A DNA stretch of 64,000 bases, taken from assembly GCA_026392045.1 (NCBI GenBank), contig JAPLCU010000009.1:247-64246 (forward strand), given 5' to 3'. Under the pieces are notes generated by a model. The model was not told the origin of the DNA. It saw only the letters and a program-made list of their open reading frames with translations, and ran no database searches. A program made the translations under genes and the position numbers. This DNA comes from Armatimonadota bacterium. GTDB taxonomy: Bacteria; Armatimonadota; UBA5829. Below are positions 9,731 to 19,232 of this stretch, piece after piece. The stretch's first letter is position 1. The number at the start of each line of letters is the position of its first letter.

Positions 9731-10693
9731 CTATTCCATCCCCAACATAAACCCCAAAATGGTATCCCAGGCTCCCGGCAGACCTTCGTGGCCGAAATCC
9801 GGATAGATCAACAAGTCCTTCTTTGAAGTAATCTTGTTATAGGCAGCGAACTGGGTCGATGGCGGGCAGATTGTATCCATCAGCCCAAACGGCATCAGAA
9901 CCTCGGCTTTGATACGGTTCGCCAGATGCTGGTTGTCGATATAGCCCAGGCGAGTGAAAATCTCTTTTTCGCGCTTGTGCAGCGGGTCGAAGTATTTGAA
10001 GAAAGTCTTAAGTTCTGTGTAGGCGTCGACTGCCAGGTCCATCTCCCAGACGCGCTGATAATCGCACAGGAACGGATAGACCGGCGCGGCGCGATTGATG
10101 CGCGGTTCCAAAGCAGCGCACGCTAACGTCAGACCGCCTCCCTGTGAGCCGCCGGCAGCGCCAACGCGATTTTCGTCAACCTCAGGCAGGCTCATTAATA
10201 TCCCAGCGAGTTGAGCGCAGTCCAGATACACCGAGCGATAATATAGCTTTTCGGGCGAATCATCGAGGCCGCGAATAATATGGCCTTGGTAAGTATTGCC
10301 GCGCACGCCGCCGACATCCTCCGAAAGCCCCGCCTGCCCTCTGCAATCCAGCGCGGCTATCGCAAAGCCCTGGCTCACCCACGGCAGCAGATCGTACCAG
10401 TCCTCGCTCCTCCAGGAATAACCATGAAAATGCGCCAAAGCAGGATTTGGCTTATCCGAATGCTTTGGCCGGACGTATTTGGCGTGCACTCTCGCCCCGC
10501 CGACCCCCGTAAAATAAAGATCGAAGCACTCGGCATTCGGCAGCTCCACCCCGCGCGGCATGAGTTCCACATTCGCGTCCACGCTCATCATCTCGACAAT
10601 TGCAGTGTCCCAATATTCATCAAAATCATCCGGCCTGGGGTTTCGACCCTGGTATTTTTTCAGCTCTTCAAGCGGCATGTCAGTTAGAGGCAT
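9731..10693 (-). CDS. Acetyl xylan esterase / cephalosporin-C deacetylase (CE7 family)
   Basis: CE7 hallmarks: GGSQGG nucleophile motif, RGQ tetrapeptide, C-terminal DxxxxPxxxxxxYNxIxxxKxxxxYPxxGHE-type block. Confidence 0.85.
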   Translation of the reverse strand: MPLTDMPLEELKKYQGRNPRPDDFDEYWDTAIVEMMSVDANVELMPRGVELPNAECFDLYFTGVGGARVHAKYVRPKHSDKPNPALAHFHGYSWRSEDWYDLLPWVSQGFAIAALDCRGQAGLSEDVGGVRGNTYQGHIIRGLDDSPEKLYYRSVYLDCAQLAGILMSLPEVDENRVGAAGGSQGGGLTLACAALEPRINRAAPVYPFLCDYQRVWEMDLAVDAYTELKTFFKYFDPLHKREKEIFTRLGYIDNQHLANRIKAEVLMPFGLMDTICPPSTQFAAYNKITSKKDLLIYPDFGHEGLPGAWDTILGFMLGME

Positions 10694-11033
10694 ATCAAAA
10701 AACTCCTTGCAATCAAGCTGAGGTTATTATACAACACAGCGCCGCAAAATGGGTAGCGTTTCTACCCCAAATTCAAGAGTTCTCGGCCAACCCAGCAGTC
10801 ACACACTCTACCATACATGACACATCTATAACGCACAAATCCCAGTAAATCACAGCGCTCGGCTTGTCAAACCCATCCAAAGAACAAAAACCCTGCTATA
10901 TATGTGGTAGAGTTACGACATGTTTGAAGCAAGTAGGCACACGGGTATCTAACCGCCAGCCTGCTAAATATATGGCAGCGCTAAAAAACGGGCAACCGCC
11001 ACGGGCGGCTTGAAAAACCGGGAGGGATAGGAA

Positions 11034-14000
11034 ATGAAGCGCTTATACTATATTTGCCTGGCGGCATTTGCGCTGGTTGTGTGCGCACAGGGCGCATGGA
11101 GCCAGTTGGCATCATCCACTTGGCCGAAATTCCATAGGGACTACGCCGCCACCGGCATGAGCCTGTTTGGCGGGACCGGCTCAGAACTCAGCTGGACTTT
11201 CACCGCTGGTGGAGCAATACAATCGTCGCCTGTGATCGGCGCCGACAACACCGCCTACTTCACCTGCGCAGATGGCAAACTCTACGCGATCAGGGGCGCG
11301 GGCGTGAGCCTGTGGACCAACAATCTAAAGGCTGTCAGCACAATATCGCCAGCCATAGGCGCTGATGGCGTGATATATGTTGGCGCCACAGACAAATATC
11401 TTTGTGCAGTCAAGCCAGACGGCGTCGTAAAATGGAAAAAGCTTCTGGGATCAATACCCAATGCTTCAATTTCCATAGCGCCGGACGGAACCATCTACGC
11501 CGCCTGCCAAAACGGCGCTTTATACGCGTTCGATATTAATGGCACCCAGAAATGGCTGTTCTCTGCAGGAGCCGCAATCAGCTCATCACCCGCGATCGGC
11601 TCAGACGGCGCACTGTATTTTGGCTGCCAGGACTCCAAAATCTATGCCGTCACATCCGCAGGAGCGAAGAAGTGGCCGCCGTTCATCCCATCAGGCGCAG
11701 CAGCATTTTATGCCTCGCCCGCTATAGGGTCCGATGGAACGATCTACATCGGCTCATCAAACGGTTATTTCTACGCCATCAACCCAACCGGTTCAATGAA
11801 ATGGCGAATAAACTCCGGCGGCGATGTTCGCTCCTCGGCTGCAATCTATTCCAATGGATCGATCTACTACGGATGTCGAGATGGGAAAATTCACGCTCTC
11901 TCGAGTCTCAGCCCACAGCTCTGGACATTTGCGACCGGGCAATATGTGGATTCCTCCCCTGCCCTGGGCTCTGACGGAGGCATCTTTGCAGCTTCGTTGA
12001 ACGGCAAACTCTATGCGCTGAACCCGGACGGCACCGAGCGATGGAACTTCGATGCGGGTTCGCCAATCTATTCCTCACCGGCGATGGGTCCCGGAGGGGC
12101 GCTGCTGATCGGCGCTGACAACGGCATTCTATATTGCTTCACCGCAGATTCCACCCCGCCGGGCGCGCCGACCGTCACCGATGACGGCGTCTACACTGGC
12201 CAAAGTGACCGTCTCCACGGCTCGTGGGCTGCGGCTGACCAAGAAAGCGGCATTTATTCTTATGAATACTGCATAGGCGCTGCGCCAGGATTGGCGGACA
12301 TTGCCCCCTGGCTCAACACAGCAGGCGCTGCCCAGCACACCCGCACCGGCCTGAGCCTTACGGATAAGCAGGTTTACTATATCACCGTTCGCGCTATCAA
12401 TGGCGCAGGTCTGACGGGTCCCGAAGCCAGCTCAGATGGAATCACATTGGATGGGACGCCTCCCACTCGCCCGAGCGTCACGGACGACGGCGCGTTTTCT
12501 TCAGACAACACAAAGCTCCATGCAACCTGGGCCTCATCGGATCCTGAATCCGGAATCGGCAGATATGAGTATTCATTAGGCACGACCGCAGGCGGGACAA
12601 ATATTCTCACGTGGACTGACGCAGGAACAAACTCATCCTTCACAAAGACCGGCCTCAGCCTGCAGCAGGGTGCCACCTATTACATCAACGTCCGCGCCTA
12701 CAACAACACCGGCAATGTGAGCCAGATTGGGTCATCCGATGGAATCGTGATCGATACAGCATCACCTCCGGCCCCAGTGGTAACTGATGACGGCAATTAC
12801 ACGGCATCTACGAACACATTGCACGCTATCTGGACAACCGTAACGTGCGCTTCAGGCGTGGCAAGCTATGAGTATTCAATCGGCACATCCGCAGGCGCCC
12901 TCAACATAAGAAACTGGACCGACGTTGGCCTGCAGACAAGCGTAACCGCCACTGACTTGAGCCTGACAAACGGCATAACATACTACATAAATGTTCGCGC
13001 CCGCAACTCGGTAGGCAAAGCGGGATATATAGGATCGGCTGACGGTATTGCCGTAGATTCCACTCCGCCGAGCAAGCCGGTTGTGACTGACGACGGCATT
13101 TACACAAGCTCCACAAGATTGCTGGCAGCGAACTGGTCGTCCAGCGACCCCGAATCCGGCGTTGTCGAATATTTCTATGCAGTAGGCACAACACCCGAAG
13201 GCGCCGATATTCGTGGGTGGACGTCTGCAGGCGCTCAGACAACTTATATAATCACTTCGCTCAACATGCTTGATGGAACCAAATATTACATCAGCGCAAA
13301 GGCCAGAAACGCTGCAGGAGCGGAAAGCGCAGTAGGAACATCCGACGGCATCACCGTAGACTCCACTCCGCCCAGCGCTCCTGTGGTCACGGACGATGGC
13401 AACTATCTGATGGATGCGACCAAGCTTCATGCCACTTGGAGCGCTGCAGATCCTCAATCCGGCATTATCAGATATGAATATTCCGTTGGCACAGCGGCAG
13501 GCATTACGGATGTCCTTGCCTGGACCGATGCCGGAACCGCCACCGATTTCACCATTGCGAACCTGAACCTGGTTTCCGGTCTGCGATACTACGTCAACGT
13601 TCGGGCAACAAACGGCGCGCACACAATAGGCGCGGTTGGATCGTCCGACGGCATATTTGCGGAATCCACCCCGCCAACCACACCGGAAGTCATAGATGAC
13701 GGCGATTTCACCCTTGATACCGCCAGGCTTCACGCCACATGGTCATCTGAAGACCCTGAAACCGGCGTTACGCTTTTCGAGTATTCGATAGGCACATCTC
13801 CTGGTGACGCCAATGTTGTCGGGTGGACTGCTGTCGGCTTATCAACAAGCTTGGACAAGACCGGAATGAACCTCGCTCAGGGTGTCACATATTACATAAA
13901 TGTGAGAGCCACCAACGGCGTGGGCATGGTCAGTGAAATTGGCGCATCAGATGGAATCACAGTGGATACCACCCCGCCGGAGATCGTGAAAGTCACAGAT

Positions 14001-17000
14001 ACCGGCGAGTATACTGCCGACAACACCCAGCTTCACGCAACATTTGAATGCAGCGATCCCGAATCCGGCATCTCAGGCTACGAATGCGCCGTCGGAACAA
14101 TCCCTGGCGGAAGCGATATCTCAAATTGGCAGAATGTGGGACCCGATCCCGAAACCGTAATTATCGATCTTCAACTCCAGGACGGAGTAATATACTACAT
14201 CAGCGCTCGCGCTATAAATGGCGCAGGAGTGCCCGGCCCGATGGGATCGTCGGACGGAATCAAGGTCGATGCCACTCCACCCGTGGATGTAGTAGCTTAT
14301 GATGACGGCGTCTACTGCGGCCTCCCAGACAAACTCCACGGCAGATGGAGCGCAACCGATCCCGAATCCGGCATTGCCAGCTACAAGTATTGCATAGGCA
14401 CAGAACCAGGGTTAAATGACGTCGCAGACTGGCTCGATGTCGGCTCTTCCACCGAGGACACACGCGAAGGGCTGACGCTCACCAACGGCTCGGTCTATTA
14501 CATCACCGTTATCGCTGTCAACGTCGCAGGAAGCGAGAGCCAACCGGTCAGCTCGGATGGAATCAAGTGCGATCTGACACCGGCGACCGTCCCCGTGGTC
14601 ACCGACAACGGCAAATATTGGGGTTATAAGACCAATATGCCCGCGAGTTGGAGCTCTGAAGACCCGGAATCAGGCATAGTCGGCTATCGAACCTCAATAG
14701 GCACAGCGCCCAGCCTTGCGGACGTCGCAGACTGGCTGGAGCTTGGCATGATCACGTCATACACCCGCACCGGCTTAATGCTTAAAGACGGAATTACATA
14801 TTACATAAACGTGCAAGCAGAAAACGGCGCCGGCGTGTGGAGCGAGACCGGCAGTTCGGACGGAATAATGCTGGATTCGACCCCTCCGACCACTCCAATC
14901 GTCACAGATGATGGCGATGGCACGCTGATGCTGGACAGGCTCCATGCCAAATGGCGCTCCGAAGACCCGGAATCAGGCATAGTCGAATATATGTATTGCA
15001 TTGGCACAAGCCCCGGCGCAATCGATGTGAAGCCATGGACCAGCGCGGGGACGAGTGAAGACATCACAGTCACCGGCCTGAAATTGGAACCAATGCTGAC
15101 CTATTACTTCTCCGTCAAATCGAAAAACGACGCGGGAGCCTGGAGTGCGGTAAGCGCCAGCGACGGCATCCAGTTTAGCACAGGAGCAGCCATTTGGTGG
15201 AAATTCCACAATAATACCACCAATGTCGGGCGACAAATATTCAAAGGCACCCGCGTGAACGACCTTGCGTGGTCCGTCGAAACTCAAGGCTTCGTGGAGT
15301 CATCCGCAGCCATAGCCTCCGACGGCACCGCCTACATTGGCTCGGGCGACGGCAAGGTCTATGCAGTCACGCAGAACGGCACCCTGAGATGGACTTTCAA
15401 CACAGGCGGCCCTATCGACAGCTCCCCTGCGGTGGCTGTGGATGGCCGAATTGTGATAGGCTCCAACAACGGCAAAGTCTATTGCCTGAACCCAGCAGGC
15501 GAAGTGGTCTGGACCTATACCGCAGGCGGGGCCGTGCGCTCATCAGCGCTAATCAGCAACGGCCGCGTCTACATAGCCTGCAATGACAAGTCGCTCTATG
15601 CCCTCAACCTCGAGACAGGCGCGAAACTCTGGTCATACAAAACCGGAGATGCTATCTGGTCATCGCCCGCATGCGACACTAACGGCGTAATCTACTTCTG
15701 CAGCGGTGATTCTTATATATACGCAATCAATCCGGACGGCACGCGCAAATGGCGCTATCTGACGGGTTCCGCAGCGGATTCATCACCAGCTATTGGTGAA
15801 GACGGCACCATTTACGCAGGCAGCGGCGACGGCTACTTCTACGCCATCAACCCAATTGGTACCCTGAAATGGCGCTACTTTGCAGGAATCATAGCGGACT
15901 CATCGGCCGCCATCGGATTGGACGGCAACATTTACTTCGGCGCAGGTATTGATGGCGGCGATGGCGCGTTTTACGCTCTATCTCCAAGCGGCAGCAAAAT
16001 CTGGAGCATAAATTTTCCAGGTGGAGGTATCATATCCTCACCGGCAATCGATTCCACCGGCATGATATACGTTGGGTCGGCGGACGAGCATATCCGAGCG
16101 ATCAATCCCGACGGCACAATCTGCTGGACATTCAAAACAGGCTCCTCGGTTGCAAGTTCACCGGCGTTGGGCGCGGACAGCAGCGTGGTTTTCGGTTCTT
16201 ATGACGGCAAAATCTACTGCTTGCGCGATATGAAAGCAAGAGACCTTACGCCGCCCACCACTCCCGTAGTTATCGTTCCAGCGACGCTTGCATCAGGCCA
16301 GCCGCTGACAGCTTTATGGAGCGCCACGGACCCCGACTCAATGGTCGCCGAATACGTATATGCAATCGGCTCCGCGCCGGGTCAGACAGACGTTTCATAT
16401 TGGACCATCGCAGGCATCGAGACCGGTGTCACTCGTCTTGATCTGGCTCTAATTGTGGGTCAAACATACTATGTATCGGTCAAGGCCCGCAATTCATCTC
16501 AAAGATGGAGCGAGATCGGCGTTTCGCAGGGTGTCGTAATCGGGGGCACAGCCATAACCGTCAACATTGCACAGGCAAAGAAGCTCGCGGACAATACTAT
16601 AGTATCGATGAACGGCAAAGTCGTGGGCGCGGTATTCAATGACTGCTTCTTCGTGCAGGAACCCAACAGAATCGCCGGTATAAGATGTGTATTTGCCGGA
16701 GCGAATCTGATTTCGGGCGACACAGTAAACCTGATCGGCGATGTCAGCACGCTTAATGACGCGAAAACTCTATCGAGCGTGACGTTCACCCAGACAGCAA
16801 CAGGCCCCGCCCCCGCGCCTCTGGGCCTGTGCGGAAAGCTGCGCAAAGACCAAATGCCCGACCCATTCGGGCTGAACGTGAAAATCTGGGGCCGGGTGAC
16901 ATCAGTGGGCCCTGGCTATTGCATAATCAACGGCCACACCGGCGCCCAACCCGCTGGAGCGCCCACGGGTATAGAGCTCCGATCCGCCGAAATAACAGCA

Positions 17001-17117
17001 GCAAGCGGAGACTTCGTAACCGCGAGCGGCATACTGTGCGCTGAGAAAGTCGGCGAACAGATAACAACAGTGCTGCGGGTGAAGACGCCGGGGGCAGTGG
17101 TAGTGGCGCCAAAATAG
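11034..17117 (+). CDS. Giant secreted protein (2027 aa): two PQQ/BamB-like beta-propellers, about 14 tandem FN3-like modules, C-terminal domain
   Basis: RBS GGAGGGATAGGAA before the ATG. Signal peptide. PQQ-like repeats (GSDGxIYxGSxDGxxYAxNPxGxxKW) at aa 60-370 and 1400-1720. Repeats of about 101 aa (TPPxxPxVTDDGxYT...LHAxWxxxDPESGIxxYEYxIGTxPG...YYxNVRAxN). Confidence 0.8.
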   Translation: MKRLYYICLAAFALVVCAQGAWSQLASSTWPKFHRDYAATGMSLFGGTGSELSWTFTAGGAIQSSPVIGADNTAYFTCADGKLYAIRGAGVSLWTNNLKAVSTISPAIGADGVIYVGATDKYLCAVKPDGVVKWKKLLGSIPNASISIAPDGTIYAACQNGALYAFDINGTQKWLFSAGAAISSSPAIGSDGALYFGCQDSKIYAVTSAGAKKWPPFIPSGAAAFYASPAIGSDGTIYIGSSNGYFYAINPTGSMKWRINSGGDVRSSAAIYSNGSIYYGCRDGKIHALSSLSPQLWTFATGQYVDSSPALGSDGGIFAASLNGKLYALNPDGTERWNFDAGSPIYSSPAMGPGGALLIGADNGILYCFTADSTPPGAPTVTDDGVYTGQSDRLHGSWAAADQESGIYSYEYCIGAAPGLADIAPWLNTAGAAQHTRTGLSLTDKQVYYITVRAINGAGLTGPEASSDGITLDGTPPTRPSVTDDGAFSSDNTKLHATWASSDPESGIGRYEYSLGTTAGGTNILTWTDAGTNSSFTKTGLSLQQGATYYINVRAYNNTGNVSQIGSSDGIVIDTASPPAPVVTDDGNYTASTNTLHAIWTTVTCASGVASYEYSIGTSAGALNIRNWTDVGLQTSVTATDLSLTNGITYYINVRARNSVGKAGYIGSADGIAVDSTPPSKPVVTDDGIYTSSTRLLAANWSSSDPESGVVEYFYAVGTTPEGADIRGWTSAGAQTTYIITSLNMLDGTKYYISAKARNAAGAESAVGTSDGITVDSTPPSAPVVTDDGNYLMDATKLHATWSAADPQSGIIRYEYSVGTAAGITDVLAWTDAGTATDFTIANLNLVSGLRYYVNVRATNGAHTIGAVGSSDGIFAESTPPTTPEVIDDGDFTLDTARLHATWSSEDPETGVTLFEYSIGTSPGDANVVGWTAVGLSTSLDKTGMNLAQGVTYYINVRATNGVGMVSEIGASDGITVDTTPPEIVKVTDTGEYTADNTQLHATFECSDPESGISGYECAVGTIPGGSDISNWQNVGPDPETVIIDLQLQDGVIYYISARAINGAGVPGPMGSSDGIKVDATPPVDVVAYDDGVYCGLPDKLHGRWSATDPESGIASYKYCIGTEPGLNDVADWLDVGSSTEDTREGLTLTNGSVYYITVIAVNVAGSESQPVSSDGIKCDLTPATVPVVTDNGKYWGYKTNMPASWSSEDPESGIVGYRTSIGTAPSLADVADWLELGMITSYTRTGLMLKDGITYYINVQAENGAGVWSETGSSDGIMLDSTPPTTPIVTDDGDGTLMLDRLHAKWRSEDPESGIVEYMYCIGTSPGAIDVKPWTSAGTSEDITVTGLKLEPMLTYYFSVKSKNDAGAWSAVSASDGIQFSTGAAIWWKFHNNTTNVGRQIFKGTRVNDLAWSVETQGFVESSAAIASDGTAYIGSGDGKVYAVTQNGTLRWTFNTGGPIDSSPAVAVDGRIVIGSNNGKVYCLNPAGEVVWTYTAGGAVRSSALISNGRVYIACNDKSLYALNLETGAKLWSYKTGDAIWSSPACDTNGVIYFCSGDSYIYAINPDGTRKWRYLTGSAADSSPAIGEDGTIYAGSGDGYFYAINPIGTLKWRYFAGIIADSSAAIGLDGNIYFGAGIDGGDGAFYALSPSGSKIWSINFPGGGIISSPAIDSTGMIYVGSADEHIRAINPDGTICWTFKTGSSVASSPALGADSSVVFGSYDGKIYCLRDMKARDLTPPTTPVVIVPATLASGQPLTALWSATDPDSMVAEYVYAIGSAPGQTDVSYWTIAGIETGVTRLDLALIVGQTYYVSVKARNSSQRWSEIGVSQGVVIGGTAITVNIAQAKKLADNTIVSMNGKVVGAVFNDCFFVQEPNRIAGIRCVFAGANLISGDTVNLIGDVSTLNDAKTLSSVTFTQTATGPAPAPLGLCGKLRKDQMPDPFGLNVKIWGRVTSVGPGYCIINGHTGAQPAGAPTGIELRSAEITAASGDFVTASGILCAEKVGEQITTVLRVKTPGAVVVAPK
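12147..15190 (+). repeat. In-frame tandem array of about 14 repeats of about 303 bp (FN3-like modules) inside the giant gene
   Basis: Periodic recurrence of DPESGI / YEY / YYINVRA peptide blocks every 100-101 aa. Many long antisense ORFs in this interval are repeat artefacts. Confidence 0.7.
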
Positions 17118-17150
17118 ACCCAGTCTTTTACTTGGGGGAGAAGAAAAGTT

Positions 17151-17179
17151 CGGGGCGCATGATCTGCCATGCGCCCCGC
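17151..17179. terminator. 11-bp perfect stem-loop between convergent genes (candidate bidirectional terminator)
   Basis: cggggcgcatg-atctgc-catgcgccccg, 34 nt after the giant-gene stop and 64 nt before the stop of the 549-aa gene. No canonical U-tract. Confidence 0.4.
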
Positions 17180-17242
17180 GAGTTATAATGCAGATGCCAC
17201 ACAAAAAGTTCAAGCAGTTGAGACCCATAAGTCCTTGATTTA

Positions 17243-18892
17243 TTAAGACACCGGTTGTTCCGCGAACCAGTGGAGCACATTGCGTACCGGTCTCAATTCA
17301 TAATGGGCAATAATACTTCGAACTTTGGTACATACGCGAAGAACATGTCCAATGTTTGGATCATACTCTATTGCGCGCACCATCAATGGTCCTTGCTCAA
17401 TATCGGTGGCATCTAAAATCAAATCCAACACTCTTTTTCCATCCATTTCAGCCGTTGCCCGCCATACATATTTAGGCATACACTCGAGAAGTACCGCTTT
17501 TTTGTAATCACCTGACAAAACTGGCGATTCCAAAATTTCTCTTTTTAGTTTGTTAACTTCTGTGAGGTAGATATCCCATTCGATGACATCGAATAATTTC
17601 AGGGACTGCGCGACTATGGGAAGCTTCATGAACTCATCAAACCCAATCACTACATTCATTGCAGTACGATAAGGAATTCTAATCTTATGATATAGGGGAA
17701 TAAGTAGGTACTCTGGTTTTGCGTAAGTATCGCCGATTTTTCCGCATTGATTACGCCAAGAAGTCTTCAATCGCGGATAATCTGTCTGAAGTGGGTATCC
17801 GGTTGACTGATCAATCATAACGCTACCCGTGTCAGGATCAATCAGATTTACCATAATGGTGTCTATCTCCATCCTTGCAAAAGGACCGACACCATCATCA
17901 TGCGCGTAGAGTTTGTCGATCCGACTGGCCCTAAGAAGAAAATCAGATTGGCCATACGAATCAGGCGATGTCTTCCCCAAACTGTAGCCTGTTACCGCAA
18001 CCGCGTGAAGCCCACGCTTCGTCTGAGCAGAGTGATCATAAAGCATGACTATGAGGGGCACTGGAATTCCCCCCTTGAGATATCCATAGATTGTACTCTG
18101 TAGGCAATACTCGTTGCTTATCGTATCGTTAATCTTCACATGCAGCGGCTGAAGGCCGACACTGCTTATGGCATGTGCCATTTGCTCTTTTCTTAACCCA
18201 AAGTTAGGCAGTTCACGCTCATCCAATGGAAACCTGGCATGTGCTGCCTTGGTGATTTCTACTGGCGAAGGTATAGCATGCTGAAATTGTCTGCCGGTGC
18301 CTTGAAACGTCGACCACAGTGCACTTGTCGCACAAGCTGCCGCAACACTATCTTGTTCTTGAAATGCCAAAGTATCTGCAATTTCTAGCTTAACACCAAA
18401 AATATTGGCTTTATATGGACGAGTAATTGGGAAGTGCCTGCGGTCGTTATCTGGCAAATAGGTCTTAAGACAAGTTCGGCCTATTATCGTTTCCGGTAAG
18501 GGCTTAACAACTATGAAACCTAAATAGGCATTACGTAGCTTTTCGACAAAGCGTTTACCCCGACAACCTCGCAACAATTTCGTGAAATTGTCTCTTGTGA
18601 AGAACTCATCAAAGAAGTGCAGTCGCGTGCAAATAGAATTGTAGTCAAAGAAGCAACGCACATAATAGCTAGAGTAGTCTTCGAGAAAGTCACGATCAAT
18701 ATAATTATGCTCGACAAGGATTGTCTTCGCATTAACCCCAGAAGATCCAAAATATTCATAAAAGTAGTCGGAATGTGGTTTATCATGAACAACATCAACC
18801 GAAGCCATAGAGCAATCAGAAAGAATCTGTATTAGTTTGCTGGAGCTATAGGCATAAACTTCAAAGGCTTGCTTTCTGGTTGAATCAGTCAT
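17243..18892 (-). CDS. Hypothetical 549-aa protein on a low-GC island; possible papain/C39-like Cys...His motif
   Basis: Strong single ORF at about 40% GC against about 55% in flanks. No recognisable domains. Candidate catalytic Cys in QDSVAAACATSALWSTFQG and His in RGLHAVAVTGYSLG, resembling the C39/papain-like CxxxxL...HxVVxxG arrangement (speculative). Start overlaps the stop of the upstream 65-aa ORF (ATGA). Confidence 0.6.
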   Translation of the reverse strand: MTDSTRKQAFEVYAYSSSKLIQILSDCSMASVDVVHDKPHSDYFYEYFGSSGVNAKTILVEHNYIDRDFLEDYSSYYVRCFFDYNSICTRLHFFDEFFTRDNFTKLLRGCRGKRFVEKLRNAYLGFIVVKPLPETIIGRTCLKTYLPDNDRRHFPITRPYKANIFGVKLEIADTLAFQEQDSVAAACATSALWSTFQGTGRQFQHAIPSPVEITKAAHARFPLDERELPNFGLRKEQMAHAISSVGLQPLHVKINDTISNEYCLQSTIYGYLKGGIPVPLIVMLYDHSAQTKRGLHAVAVTGYSLGKTSPDSYGQSDFLLRASRIDKLYAHDDGVGPFARMEIDTIMVNLIDPDTGSVMIDQSTGYPLQTDYPRLKTSWRNQCGKIGDTYAKPEYLLIPLYHKIRIPYRTAMNVVIGFDEFMKLPIVAQSLKLFDVIEWDIYLTEVNKLKREILESPVLSGDYKKAVLLECMPKYVWRATAEMDGKRVLDLILDATDIEQGPLMVRAIEYDPNIGHVLRVCTKVRSIIAHYELRPVRNVLHWFAEQPVS

Positions 18893-18894
18893 GA

Positions 18895-19092
18895 TTATGT
18901 CCAGAGGGCAATCTGATATACAGGTTGTGCATCAATGCTCTGAGCTTCGCGCATACGGTCTTCAGCAGTCTTTGCGCGTTTAGCTATTTCGGAGACTGCC
19001 GTTTGCCCATCAGAACTTTCCATCCAAGTTCGTACCTTCTCAGCACGCTGCTTAACTGCTGGATCAACTCCACGTAACAAAACCTTCTCCAT
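18895..19092 (-). CDS. Small 65-aa protein, ribbon-helix-helix-like (antitoxin/regulator-like)
   Basis: MEKVLLRGVDPAVKQRAEKVRTWMES has the beta-strand plus two-helix pattern of RHH proteins. Preceded by a purine-rich SD (gatggggggatgggata) and a consensus promoter. Translationally coupled to the 549-aa gene. Confidence 0.5.
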   Translation of the reverse strand: MEKVLLRGVDPAVKQRAEKVRTWMESSDGQTAVSEIAKRAKTAEDRMREAQSIDAQPVYQIALWT

Positions 19093-19118
19093 TATCCCAT
19101 CCCCCCATCACTAGCTCT

Positions 19119-19147
19119 AGTATAACACCCACATATTACCGTGTCAA
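19119..19147 (-). promoter_or_regulatory. Sigma70-type promoter TTGACA-N17-TATACT driving the 65-aa/549-aa cassette
   Basis: On the minus strand: TTGACA cggtaatatgtgggtgt TATACT, about 27 nt upstream of the start codon at 19092. Confidence 0.5.
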
Positions 19148-19232
19148 ACTTACCCTCAAGCTTATTATGGTAAAACGGTTATTCCTCATTTAGTGGCAAA
19201 GAACCAATCTCTATTGATTTTGTCCTATAAAA

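Noticed and set aside
9498-9806. 102-aa ORF across the inverted repeat and dispersed repeat
   Set aside because: It covers a terminator-like inverted repeat and a CT-rich repeat copy. It overlaps the 3' end of the CE7 esterase gene on the opposite strand.
12876-13733. 285-aa antisense ORF (and many others) inside the giant gene
   Set aside because: They are antisense to a strongly supported 2027-aa ORF. The long open frames arise from the GC-rich periodic repeats.
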